NCBI GenBank assembly: GCA_038924245.1
Contig: JBCKVB010000003.1
Location: 358-64,357 of the forward strand
Length of the DNA stretch: 64,000 bases
Origin: Gammaproteobacteria bacterium
GTDB lineage: Bacteria; Pseudomonadota; Gammaproteobacteria; SURF-13
Direction of reading: 5' to 3'
Shown: piece after piece, positions 54,192 to 63,000 of the stretch
How the letters are laid out: each line of letters opens with the position of its first letter
Numbering within the stretch: position 1 is the first letter of the stretch
The notes under the pieces: model-generated
The model's database searches: none
What the model was told of the DNA's origin: nothing
Seen by the model: the letters and a program-made list of their open reading frames with translations, nothing else
Position numbers and translations under genes: made by a program

Positions 54192-56099
54192 ATGCTGCAA
54201 TCCATTCGCAATCACGTTCGGAGCTGGGCCGCCGGGTTGATTATCGGCCTTATTATCCTGAGCTTTGCCTTGTGGGGCATACAGGATTACGCGGGCGGCG
54301 CCGCCGCTGCCACCGTGGCGAAGGTCAACGGCAAGGACATCAAGTTCGATGATTTTCAGCGCGCCTATCAGAATGAGCGGGAGCGTCTGCGCCAGGCGCT
54401 GGGCGGTAACTTCGATACGCTGTTCCAGGATGAGACCAGGCTCAAGCAGCAATTGCTGGAGCGCGTGATCCGCGAACAGCTCGCGCAGCAGGCAGCGCGT
54501 GACATGGGCTTGCGCGTGACCGACGCCGAGCTGGCCAAAACCATTCAAGCCCTCCCGGAATTCCTGGACAACGGCCGCTTTTCCAAGGCGCGTTACGAGC
54601 AAATCCTGCGCGGCGCCGGTTTGACCGCGCAAGGCTTCGAGACCCTGCAGCGCGATGACCTGCTGTTCGCTCAGCTTTACGCGGGAGTGCGCGGCACGGC
54701 GTTTGTCGGCGCACATCAATTTGACGCCGCGGTGCGTCTGCAATACCAGCAGCGCGAGGTGTCCTACCTCGTCATTCCGGCGGCCAGGTTTAAAGACACG
54801 GTACAGGTGGATGACCAAGCCGTGCAGGACTATTACGCGGGTCAGCGCGAGCGCTACACCACGCAGGAACAGGTGAGCATCGAATATGTGGAGCTGGCCG
54901 GAGCGGAGATCGCGGCCGGGATCAAGCCGGATGAAGAAGCGTTACGCAAGCAGTATGAGGAGCAAAAAGCGCAAGGCGCGTATGACAGCCCCGAGCAGCA
55001 TCGCGCGCGCCATATCCTGATCGGCGTGGAGGCCAATGCCGGCGAAGCCGCGCAGGCCGCGGCCAAGGCCAAGGCCGCGGATATTTTACAGCGTCTCAAG
55101 CGCGGCGCGGATTTCGCCCGGCTTGCGGCCGAGGTTTCGCAAGACCCGATCAGCGCGAAACAGGGCGGCGACCTGGGCTGGTTCGGACGCGGCGTGATGG
55201 ACAAGGCGTTTGAGGAGGCGGTATTCGCGCTCGCGCCAGGCCAGCTGAGCGAGCCGGTGCAAAGCGCGCTGGGTTGGCACGTCATCAAGGTCGAAGAGTC
55301 TCGCCTCGCGCACAGCAAGGGCTTCGAGGAAGTGCGCGCCGGGCTGGAGCAGGCGCAGCGTGAGCACGAGGCGGAGAAGCAATTTTTTGAACAGTATGAA
55401 ACCCTGAAGAATCTGGTGTTTGAAAATCCCGATACGCTCAACGTAGCAAGCCAGGAGTTAGAGCTGCCGCTCAAGACCAGCGCGCTGTTCGGGCGTAACG
55501 GCGGCGAGGGCGTCGCACAGCAACCCAAGGTCGTGGCGGCGGTGTTCAGCGACGAGGTGATGGGGCGTGGCTACAACAGCGAACTGATCGAGATCGGCGC
55601 CAATCACGTACTGGCGTTGCGCATCAAGGAACACAAGACCGCGGCACAGCGTCCCTTGGACGAGGTGCGCGCGGAGATCAGCGAACATCTGAGATTCGAG
55701 GCCATGCGGCAGCGCGCCCGGCAACTGGGCGAAGAATTGCAAAAGCGCCTGGCGCAAGGCGAGGACGCCGAGGCGTTGGCTAAACAGCAAGGCTTTGCCT
55801 GGGTGCGGGCCGGTATGATAGGGCGCGTGGACGCCAAGCTTCCAGCCCCAGTGTTGCGCGCGGCGTTCACCCTGCCCAAGACGCAGCCCGCCATCGGCGG
55901 CGCGCGCATGGACCACGGCGACTACGCGCTGGTGTGGATGACGAACGTGCGCGAAGGCGATGCGGCGGCGCTGGATGCGGCGGAGCGGCTGGCGCTGGCG
56001 CACGAACTGCGGCGCGGCGCGGCGGAAAGCGTTTACACGGACTTTGTAAGCGCCCTGCACGGCCGCGCGGATATTACCCGCTATCCGGACAGGCTTTAA
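54192..56099 (+). CDS. ppiD: periplasmic chaperone / peptidyl-prolyl isomerase PpiD
   Basis: MLQSIRNHVRSWAAGLIIGLIILSFALWG (N-terminal anchor) and a parvulin domain (ARHILI…GGDLGWFGRGVM). Conserved position after hupB. The track ORF starts 60 nt earlier. Confidence 0.9.
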   Translation: MLQSIRNHVRSWAAGLIIGLIILSFALWGIQDYAGGAAAATVAKVNGKDIKFDDFQRAYQNERERLRQALGGNFDTLFQDETRLKQQLLERVIREQLAQQAARDMGLRVTDAELAKTIQALPEFLDNGRFSKARYEQILRGAGLTAQGFETLQRDDLLFAQLYAGVRGTAFVGAHQFDAAVRLQYQQREVSYLVIPAARFKDTVQVDDQAVQDYYAGQRERYTTQEQVSIEYVELAGAEIAAGIKPDEEALRKQYEEQKAQGAYDSPEQHRARHILIGVEANAGEAAQAAAKAKAADILQRLKRGADFARLAAEVSQDPISAKQGGDLGWFGRGVMDKAFEEAVFALAPGQLSEPVQSALGWHVIKVEESRLAHSKGFEEVRAGLEQAQREHEAEKQFFEQYETLKNLVFENPDTLNVASQELELPLKTSALFGRNGGEGVAQQPKVVAAVFSDEVMGRGYNSELIEIGANHVLALRIKEHKTAAQRPLDEVRAEISEHLRFEAMRQRARQLGEELQKRLAQGEDAEALAKQQGFAWVRAGMIGRVDAKLPAPVLRAAFTLPKTQPAIGGARMDHGDYALVWMTNVREGDAAALDAAERLALAHELRRGAAESVYTDFVSALHGRADITRYPDRL

Positions 56100-56218
56100 C
56101 CACGCTGAACAAATGGGTTTATAATCTGTCCAATCTTTGGAGGAGTTAAGGTCAGCGTGAGCCAGACCGATAACCAGGAAGGGGAGGGATAGACGGCGTT
56201 AAACAACCGGGAATAGGG

Positions 56219-56515
56219 ATGTCCAATCAAGCGTGCAAATTAGTCATTGAGGGGGTCAGCGAGGACGGCAAGAAATTCCGTCCCAGCGACTGGATCAAGC
56301 GCATTTCCACTTCGCTCGCCACCTTCGGCCCGGATCATCGCCTGCATTATTCCAAGATCGCCCAGCCGCGCATCATCAACGGCGAGAAATGCCTGGTGGT
56401 GGACAAGAGCCTGACCGATAAAGGCCCGGCGGCGTTCGAATACATCCTGAACTTCGTGCGCATGAACAAGCCTCGCGTATACGAGGAGTGCACGGTAGCG
56501 GCAGATACAATATAA
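56219..56515 (+). CDS. DUF3579-family protein
   Basis: 98 aa. The motifs …DGKKFRPSDWIKRIS… and …KCLVVD… match my recollection of DUF3579 proteins. Confidence 0.75.
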   Translation: MSNQACKLVIEGVSEDGKKFRPSDWIKRISTSLATFGPDHRLHYSKIAQPRIINGEKCLVVDKSLTDKGPAAFEYILNFVRMNKPRVYEECTVAADTI

Positions 56516-56538
56516 AGGGAACCCTGAAACGATAGGCC

Positions 56539-56578
56539 GTTTCTTTTCTCTTGTATCTTTTAACTTTTCTCTGCCTCT
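56539..56578. repeat. single-arm copy (reverse orientation) of the AGAGAAAAGATACAAG polypurine repeat
   Basis: GTTTCTTTTCTCTTGTATCTTTTAACTTTTCTCTGCCTCTC is the complement of the left arm at 33294-33332. It lies between convergent DUF3579 and dksA. Confidence 0.65.
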
Positions 56579-57139
56579 CTAGGCCATCTGCTTTTCGCGT
56601 ATTTCGTCCAGGGTCTTGCAGTCTATGCACTGGGTCGCGGTGGGGCGCGCCTCCAGACGGCGGATGCCGATCTCCACATCGCACTCATCGCAGTGGCCGT
56701 ACTGGCCCAGATCCAGCTTGACCAGCGCCTCGTCTATCTTTTTGATCAGCTTGCGTTCGCGGTCGCGGGTACGCAGCTCCAGGGTGATTTCTTCTTCCTG
56801 GGTGGCGCGGTCGTTGGGGTCGGGATAATTGGCCGCCTCGTCCTGCATGTGGTGCACGGTGCGGTCCACTTCCTCCATGAGCTGCTTTTTCCAGGCCTGC
56901 AGGATGCTGCGGAAATGCATCACCTGCTTGTCGTTCATGTAAGATTCGCCCTTTTTCTCCTTATAGGGCTTGAACCCCAGCAAGGAGGCCTGTGAGCCGC
57001 TGCCGCTGGTCTTTGCCGCCAGCACGGGCGGCTTGGGCTTGACCTTGGCTTTAGGCGCCACGGCCTTGCGCCGCACCGGCGCCCTGGCGGCGGGCTTGGT
57101 CTTTTTGGCGGCCTTGGCCTTGGACTTGGTTACAGGCAT
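56579..57139 (-). CDS. dksA: RNA polymerase-binding transcription factor DksA with a Lys/Ala/Pro-rich N-terminal extension
   Basis: The core …YMNDKQVMHFRSILQAWKKQLMEEVDRTVHHMQDEAANYPDPNDRATQEEE…CDECDVEIGIRRLEARPTATQCIDCKT is nearly identical in pattern to E. coli DksA. It is preceded by MPVTKSKAKAAKKTKPAARAPVRRKAVAPKAKVKPKPPV. Confidence 0.92.
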   Translation of the reverse strand: MPVTKSKAKAAKKTKPAARAPVRRKAVAPKAKVKPKPPVLAAKTSGSGSQASLLGFKPYKEKKGESYMNDKQVMHFRSILQAWKKQLMEEVDRTVHHMQDEAANYPDPNDRATQEEEITLELRTRDRERKLIKKIDEALVKLDLGQYGHCDECDVEIGIRRLEARPTATQCIDCKTLDEIREKQMA

Positions 57140-57195
57140 TAAATCTTTCTCCTACCCACTCGTATATGGAAATAAAACCCCCGATGTATACTACA

Positions 57196-57347
57196 CATAG
57201 CGCCATAAATCTACTGCGCGGATTTGATGCGGGTGCGTACGGTGCTCGGAATCCGGGGCCGCGTAGCGGCAGACTTCAAGGTACACTCCGGTTCCTGCGT
57301 TCCGCCGCCCCGCCTGAAATCCGCTCGCTACGATTTCTGGCGCTATG
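57196..57347. repeat. 152-bp long imperfect palindrome (MITE/REP-like) between dksA and the cbbY-like gene
   Basis: Outer inverted repeat CATAGCGCCATAAATC / GATTTCTGGCGCTATG (15/16). Nested inverted repeat GCGCGGATTTGATGCGGG / CCCCGCCTGAAATCCGCTCGC. Confidence 0.75.
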
Positions 57348-57406
57348 TATAGAAATGAGGCTACACCGCAATGGATTTCAATGGCCGAAAAAGAGGCTTT
57401 CCCGGC

Positions 57407-58192
57407 ATGACTCAACTTGAGGCGTTAATTTTTGACGTGGACGGCACGCTGGCCGACACCGAGCGCGACGGTCACCGCGTGGCCTTCAACCGCGCCTTTG
57501 CCGAGGCGGGCCTGGAGTGGGAGTGGGACGTCCCACTCTATGGCGAGTTGCTGGCCATCACCGGCGGCAAGGAGCGCATGCGCCATTATCTGGACCGTTT
57601 CCCCGGCGTAGGCCGCCCCGCGCAGGGCCTAGATGAGTTCATCGCCGCGCTGCACCAGGCCAAGACGCGCCACTACGCGGCGCTCATGGCCGCGGGTGGA
57701 GTGCCGCTGCGCCCCGGCGTGCGGCGCCTGCTGGAACAGGCGCGCGCGGCGGGCTTGCGTCTCGCCATCGCCACCACCACCACGCCGGAGAACGTCAGCG
57801 CGCTATTGGAAAACGTCGCGCCGCCCGTGCCTTTGTCCTGGTTCGAGGTGATCGCCGCGGGTGACGTGGTGGCGGCCAAGAAACCCGCGCCGGACATTTA
57901 TCATTACGCGCTGCAACGCCTGGGCCTGCGCCCGGAGCAATGCCTGGCCTTTGAGGATTCCGAGAACGGCGTGCGCTCCGCGCGCGCGGCGGGCCTCACC
58001 ACTTTGATTACCATCAACGACTACACCCACAATCACGACTTTGACGGCGCACGCCTGGTGCTCACGCACCTGGGCGAACCCGATCAGCCGTTTCAGATGC
58101 TGCAAGGCGAGTTGCCGGTGGCGCACAAGGGTTACGTGGATGTGAGCTTGTTGCGCGCGCTGCCGTCGCGCGCCAGCAAGGCCGCGCCGTAA
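57407..58192 (+). CDS. CbbY-like HAD-superfamily phosphatase
   Basis: MTQLEALIFDVDGTLADTERDGHRVAFNRAFAEAGLEWEWDVPLYGELLAITGGKERM… closely follows the CbbY pattern. The track ORF starts 36 nt earlier. Confidence 0.85.
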   Translation: MTQLEALIFDVDGTLADTERDGHRVAFNRAFAEAGLEWEWDVPLYGELLAITGGKERMRHYLDRFPGVGRPAQGLDEFIAALHQAKTRHYAALMAAGGVPLRPGVRRLLEQARAAGLRLAIATTTTPENVSALLENVAPPVPLSWFEVIAAGDVVAAKKPAPDIYHYALQRLGLRPEQCLAFEDSENGVRSARAAGLTTLITINDYTHNHDFDGARLVLTHLGEPDQPFQMLQGELPVAHKGYVDVSLLRALPSRASKAAP

Positions 58193-59424
58193 GCCGCCTC
58201 ATCTTGCGCGGGGGTGAGCAGGGGAGACCGCAACAGGCGCGCGCGTATTTCAGTCCACGCGTTGTTCTTCGCTCCGCCGCCCACGCTACGTATGGAAACC
58301 GGATACGGCGCGCCGAGTTCAGCCAAGCGCTGATAGGCTTGCTGTTCGATGCGCGCCATGCCCTCCAGCATGCCCTGGAAAAATGGTACGTCATCGGCGG
58401 GACGCGGCGTGAGGCGCGACGCGAGCTGTGGGTCATTGACGGGAAAGCGCTCGCCGGGGACGAGCAGCGGATAGTAATCGAGCCCGGTGGGCCGCTCAGG
58501 TTGCAGGAGCGGCGTCAGCGCTGCCATCCGCTCGTTGCTGAAATAATGTTGCAGCACCGCGCCGCCGCTGTTGGAGCCCGCGCCCGCGAGCCAGAGTGTG
58601 CCTAAACGATGGCTGTAGACGCCGTACTCCGGCGCGAAGAGGGGTTGTTCGGACAGCACCTTCATCACCAGTGTGGAGCCGAGCGAAGTCACCGCCTCGC
58701 CCGGCAGATGCGCGCCGGTGGCGATAAAGGCCGCGGTGCTGTCGGTGGTGCCTGCCTTGATGCGCGTGCCGGGCGCAAAGCCGAATCCGGCGCAGGTTTG
58801 CTCACTCACCGTGCCGATGTCCGCGCCGGGTTCGACCACCTCAGGCAACAACTCGCGCCGTATGCCGAGCCGGTCCAGCCAGTCCGGCCAGCGGCGCGCC
58901 ATCACGTCGTAACCCAGTTTCAAACAGTTGTGCTCATCGCTCGCACCCAAACGCGCGCCGAGCTTGAAGGCGAGCCAGGAAGCGGGGGGGAGCGCATAGC
59001 GCGCGCGCAGGCCGAGCTTGGGTTGCAGGTGCATCAATTTAGCCAGCGCGCTGCTCCTGCCGTGCGCGCCGCTCCACGGCGGCGCTACTTCGTCAATATA
59101 ATCCGCCTCGCACACGCTGCGCGCATCGTTGTACATGAGCGCGGGCGCGAGCGGCGCGCCGTAGGCGTTGCACATAAGCAGCGTGCCGGAAGTGCCGTCC
59201 ACGGCGAGCGCGGCGACATCTTGCAGGGAGATATTTTTGGCCAGCTCATGCAGCGTGGCGGCCAGCGCTTCCCACCACAGTTGCGGCGCTTGCTCGACGC
59301 GCACCCCGTCGCGCCGCGGCGCGGGCAGGGGCTGCGCCGCCCGCGCGACTATCGCGCCCGCGTGGTTGATGATGATGGCGCGGCAGCCGGAGGTGCCGAG
59401 GTCTAGGCCTAGATAAAGTTGCAA
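58132..59424 (-). CDS. FGGY-family carbohydrate kinase
   Basis: …YLGLDLGTSGCRAIII… (FGGY N-terminal motif) and C-terminal …GGGAKNNAWTEI…. The start is uncertain: TTG 59424 gives MQLYLGLDLGTSG. The longer track ORF (to 59496) would translate a repeat copy. The 3' end overlaps the cbbY-like gene by 61 nt. Confidence 0.8.
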   Translation of the reverse strand: MQLYLGLDLGTSGCRAIIINHAGAIVARAAQPLPAPRRDGVRVEQAPQLWWEALAATLHELAKNISLQDVAALAVDGTSGTLLMCNAYGAPLAPALMYNDARSVCEADYIDEVAPPWSGAHGRSSALAKLMHLQPKLGLRARYALPPASWLAFKLGARLGASDEHNCLKLGYDVMARRWPDWLDRLGIRRELLPEVVEPGADIGTVSEQTCAGFGFAPGTRIKAGTTDSTAAFIATGAHLPGEAVTSLGSTLVMKVLSEQPLFAPEYGVYSHRLGTLWLAGAGSNSGGAVLQHYFSNERMAALTPLLQPERPTGLDYYPLLVPGERFPVNDPQLASRLTPRPADDVPFFQGMLEGMARIEQQAYQRLAELGAPYPVSIRSVGGGAKNNAWTEIRARLLRSPLLTPAQDEAAYGAALLARDGSARNKLTST

Positions 59425-59434
59425 GTGGCGAGTA

Positions 59435-59485
59435 GGTCGCTCCCGGCGTCCTGCCTCCCGCGACACTAGTGCATCCCTGCACGTC
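59435..59485 (-). repeat. 51-bp copy of the modular repeat at the 5' end of the kinase gene
   Basis: The minus-strand sequence GACGTGCAGGGATGCACTAGTGTCGCGGGAGGCAGGACGCCGGGAGCGACC has a core identical to copy 30720-30770. Confidence 0.9.
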
Positions 59486-59500
59486 GCAAGTAGCAAGTAC

Positions 59501-59890
59501 TCAGGGGAGGCTCACCGGCGCGGGCGGTGTCCAAGCCGGGTTACGCTGCTCGGCGATGACCGTGGTATAAATCCCGCCGCGCACGTAGAACTCGGCGGTT
59601 AAACGCATGAAACGCGGCGCGCAGGCTTTAACCAGATCGTCCAGGATTTGATTGGTCACCGCTTCGTGAAACGCCCCTTCGTTGCGGTAACTCCACATGT
59701 ATAATTTCAGGGATTTCAACTCGATACAGCGCGCATCGGGCACGTATTCGATATGCAGCGTGGCGAAGTCCGGCTGGCCGGTCTTGGGGCACAAGCAAGT
59801 AAACTCCGGAACGCGCATACGGATGGTATAATCGCGTTCGGGCGTCGGATTGGCGAAGATTTCAAGTTGTTTGCTGGGCTGGGCGGGCAT
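59501..59890 (-). CDS. queF: NADPH-dependent 7-cyano-7-deazaguanine reductase (type I QueF)
   Basis: [15 protein letters not shown]…[23 protein letters not shown]…[21 protein letters not shown] is the QueF signature. The upstream extension of the track ORF runs through tandem repeats and is rejected. Confidence 0.92.
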   Translation of the reverse strand: MPAQPSKQLEIFANPTPERDYTIRMRVPEFTCLCPKTGQPDFATLHIEYVPDARCIELKSLKLYMWSYRNEGAFHEAVTNQILDDLVKACAPRFMRLTAEFYVRGGIYTTVIAEQRNPAWTPPAPVSLP

Positions 59891-59915
59891 AGGGCGGACT
59901 CGCGGCTGATATTTT

Positions 59916-60033
59916 GCACATAATAACGCAACTGAATTTTGCCCATAATAACGCAACTGGCTTAGGCATAACAATGCAACTGGCTTAGGCATAACAATGC
60001 AACTGGCTTAGGATAATAACGCAACTGACTTAG
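59916..60033. repeat. five tandem copies of a 22-25-bp repeat (consensus GCATAAYAAYGCAACTGGCTTAG) in the queF/smc divergent spacer
   Basis: Units at 59916-59940, 59941-59965, 59966-59988, 59989-60011 and 60012-60033. Units 3 and 4 are identical. Confidence 0.9.
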
Positions 60034-60039
60034 GTTTTC

Positions 60040-63000
60040 ATGCGGCTCTCCAAGATCAAACTGTCCGGGTTTAAATCCTTTGTAGATCCCACCCTGTTGC
60101 ACCTGCCGAGCTCACTGGTGGGCGTGGTCGGGCCGAACGGCTGCGGCAAGTCCAACGTGATAGACGCGGTGCGCTGGGTGATGGGCGAAATCTCCGCCAA
60201 GAGCCTGCGCGGCGACTCCATGACCGACGTGATCTTCAACGGCTCCAGCACGCGCAAGCCGGTGGGCCAGGCGATGGTGGAGATCGTGTTCGACAACAGC
60301 GATCACAGCCTGGGCGGGCAATACGCGGCGTACAGCGAGATCGCCATCAAGCGCGAGGTAAGCCGCGACGGGCAGTCAAGCTATTACCTGAACGGCGCGC
60401 GTTGCCGGCGGCGCGACGTGATAGACGTATTCCTCGGCACCGGCCTCGGGCCGCACAGTTACGCCATCATCGAGCAAGGCATGATCTCGCGCCTGATCGA
60501 AGCCAAGCCCGAAGACCTGCGCGTGTTTCTGGAAGAGGCCGCGGGCATTTCCAAATACAAAGAGCGGCGGCGCGAGACCGAGACGCGCATCGCGCACACA
60601 CGCGAGAATCTGGCGCGCCTGAACGATGTGCGCGGGGAGATCGAAAAACAACTGGAGCATTTGCAGCGCCAGTCCTCCGCCGCGCAGCGTTACCAGCGCC
60701 TCAAGGAAGAAGAGCGGCGCCTGAAGGCGGAACTGCTGGCGTTGCGCCTGCGCGGCTTGCAAAACGAGGGCGCGGAGCAAAGCCGGGCCATCAGCGGGCA
60801 GGAAACGGAACTGGAGGCGGCGCTCGCCAAACAACGCGAGATCGAGGCCGGGATCGAAAAACTGCGCGCCGCGCAAGACGACATCGCGGCGCATTTCAAC
60901 AGTGTGCAGGCGCGGTTTTATAACGTCGGCGCGGAGATCGCGCGCGTCGAGCAGGCCATACAGCATGCCAGGGAACGGCGCGAGCAATCCGGCCGCGATC
61001 TGGAACAGGCCGGGCACGCGCTACGCGAAACCGGCGCGCACCTGGAAGCGGATCGCGCCCGGATCACAGAACTCAACGGCGAACTGGCGCAAATCGAACC
61101 CGCGCTGCACGGCAGCGCGGACGCGCGCCAGGCCGCCGATGCCGCGCTTAACCAGGCCGAGCAGGCCATGCGGCAATGGCAGGACAAATGGGAGGCGCAT
61201 CAGGAGCAGCGCGCCCTGCTTACGCAGGCGGAGCAAGTCGAGCGCACGCGCCTGGAGCACTTGCAGCAGCAGCACGCGCAATTACAGCAACGCCTGGAGC
61301 GTTTGCAGGCGGAACGGGAGACGCTGCCGCCCGCAGCCATCGAGCAGGATATTCAACTGCTGGACAGTGAGCACGCGGAGCAGCAGAGGCAGTTGCAACG
61401 CCTGCAACAGGAAGGCGCGGAGTTGCAGGCGCGCATCACGCAGTTGCGCGAGGCTATCGCGCGTGACAGCGCGCAGTTGCAGGCGCACCGCACCGCGCTG
61501 GAGCCGCGCCGAGCCGAGTTGACCTCGCTCAGCGCCTTGCAGCAGGCCGCCTTGGGTAAAGGCAGTACCGGCGTGGCGGCCTGGCTGGCGCAGCAAGGTT
61601 TACAGGACGCGCCGCGGCTAGCTGAAGGTCTGGAGGTGGAATCCGGCTGGGAGGACGCGGTAGAGGCGGTACTGCATTTTTATCTGGGCGCGGTGTGCGT
61701 GCATGGGTTGCAGGGTGTCGCGGCGGCGCTGGCGCAGCCCCCGGCGGCGCTGGCCATTCTGGACCTGGACGCGCCAGCGTGCGCCCATGCGCGTGGGCCA
61801 GCGCCCGCGCTGCTGGACAAGGTGCGCGCCGCGCCAGCGCGCCTTGATGCGCTGCTCGGTCATGTGTACACGGCGGAGTCCTTGACCGAGGCGCTGACGC
61901 TGACGCCGCGGATGCAGACGCACGAGTCGGTCATCACGCGCGACGGCCTGTGGCTGGGCAACGGCTGGCTGCGCGTGACGCGCGAAGAGGACGCCAGCGC
62001 CGGCGTGCTGTGGCGCGAGCATGAGCTTAAGCAACTGGCGCCCGAGGTGCGGCGCCGGAGTGACGAGATCGCCGCCGCGCAACAGCAGTTGGACGCGGCG
62101 CAGGAAGAACTCGCGCAACTGGAGCGGCGGCGCGAGGCGATGCAAGAGGACATGCAGGAGACGCATCGCGCCCACGGCGACGTGCAGGCGCAATTGCGCG
62201 GCAAGCAAACGCATCTGGCGCAACTGCGCACGCGCCATGAGCAAATTCAAAATGAAATAGAGGAACTGCAACTGCAAAGCGCCACGGTGCTGGACGACGT
62301 GCACGCTGCGCAGCGCCGCCTGCGCGAGGCCGAGAGCGGCGGCGCCGCGCTGACGCAACAGGGCGTGGAACAGGCGCGCGAGCGCGATGCGTTTACCCAG
62401 GCCCTGGAACAGGCGCGCCAGGCGGCGCGCGCCGCGCACGAGGAGGCGCACCAATTGGCGTTGCGCGAGCAGTCGCTGCGCGCCGCGCTCAGCGCCGCCG
62501 GTCAGGGCGTGGAGCGCATGCAGCAACAGTTGCGGCAACTGCAGGCGCGCCTGGATGAGTTACGCCGCGGCCTGACCGAAGGCGAAGCCCCGCTGGCCGC
62601 GTTGCAGGCCGAGTTGCAGCAATGGCTCCAGCAACGCGCGCAGGCGGAGAGTGATCTGGCGCGCGCACGCGCGCACCTGGAGGAGCATGACCAGAGCTTG
62701 CGCGGGGCGGAGCAGGAACGGCATCGCGCCGAACAGGTGGCGCAGGAAAACCGCGCGCTGCTGGAAACATTGCGCCTGAAGGCGCAGGAGCTCAAGGTGC
62801 GCGCGCAAGGTTTGCAGGAACAGATTCGGGAGGCGGGCCATGAGCCGGAGGCGCTGCTGCAAGAACTGGATGGCGCGGCGTACGAAGCGGAGCGCCAGAC
62901 GCGGTTGGACGGCGTGACGCAAAAGATACAGCGCCTGGGGCCGATCAATCTCGCGGCGATTGAAGAGTTTAACGAGCAATCCGAACGCAAGAATTATCTC

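Noticed and set aside
58132-58192. 61-nt convergent overlap between the cbbY-like and FGGY kinase genes as a sign of mis-annotation or frameshift
   Set aside because: Both ORFs retain family-typical C-terminal regions up to near their stops. Convergent 3' overlaps of this size occur in GC-rich genomes where stop codons are rare. I see no evidence of a frameshift.
59891-59992. N-terminal extension of queF in the ORF track (start 59992)
   Set aside because: The extension is a translation of the tandem repeats (…[23 protein letters not shown]…). The canonical type I QueF N-terminus starts at ATG 59890.
59916-60033. Possible CRISPR array
   Set aside because: The repeats are directly adjacent with no unique spacers, the units are only 22-25 bp, and no cas genes are present. 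It is a plain tandem repeat.
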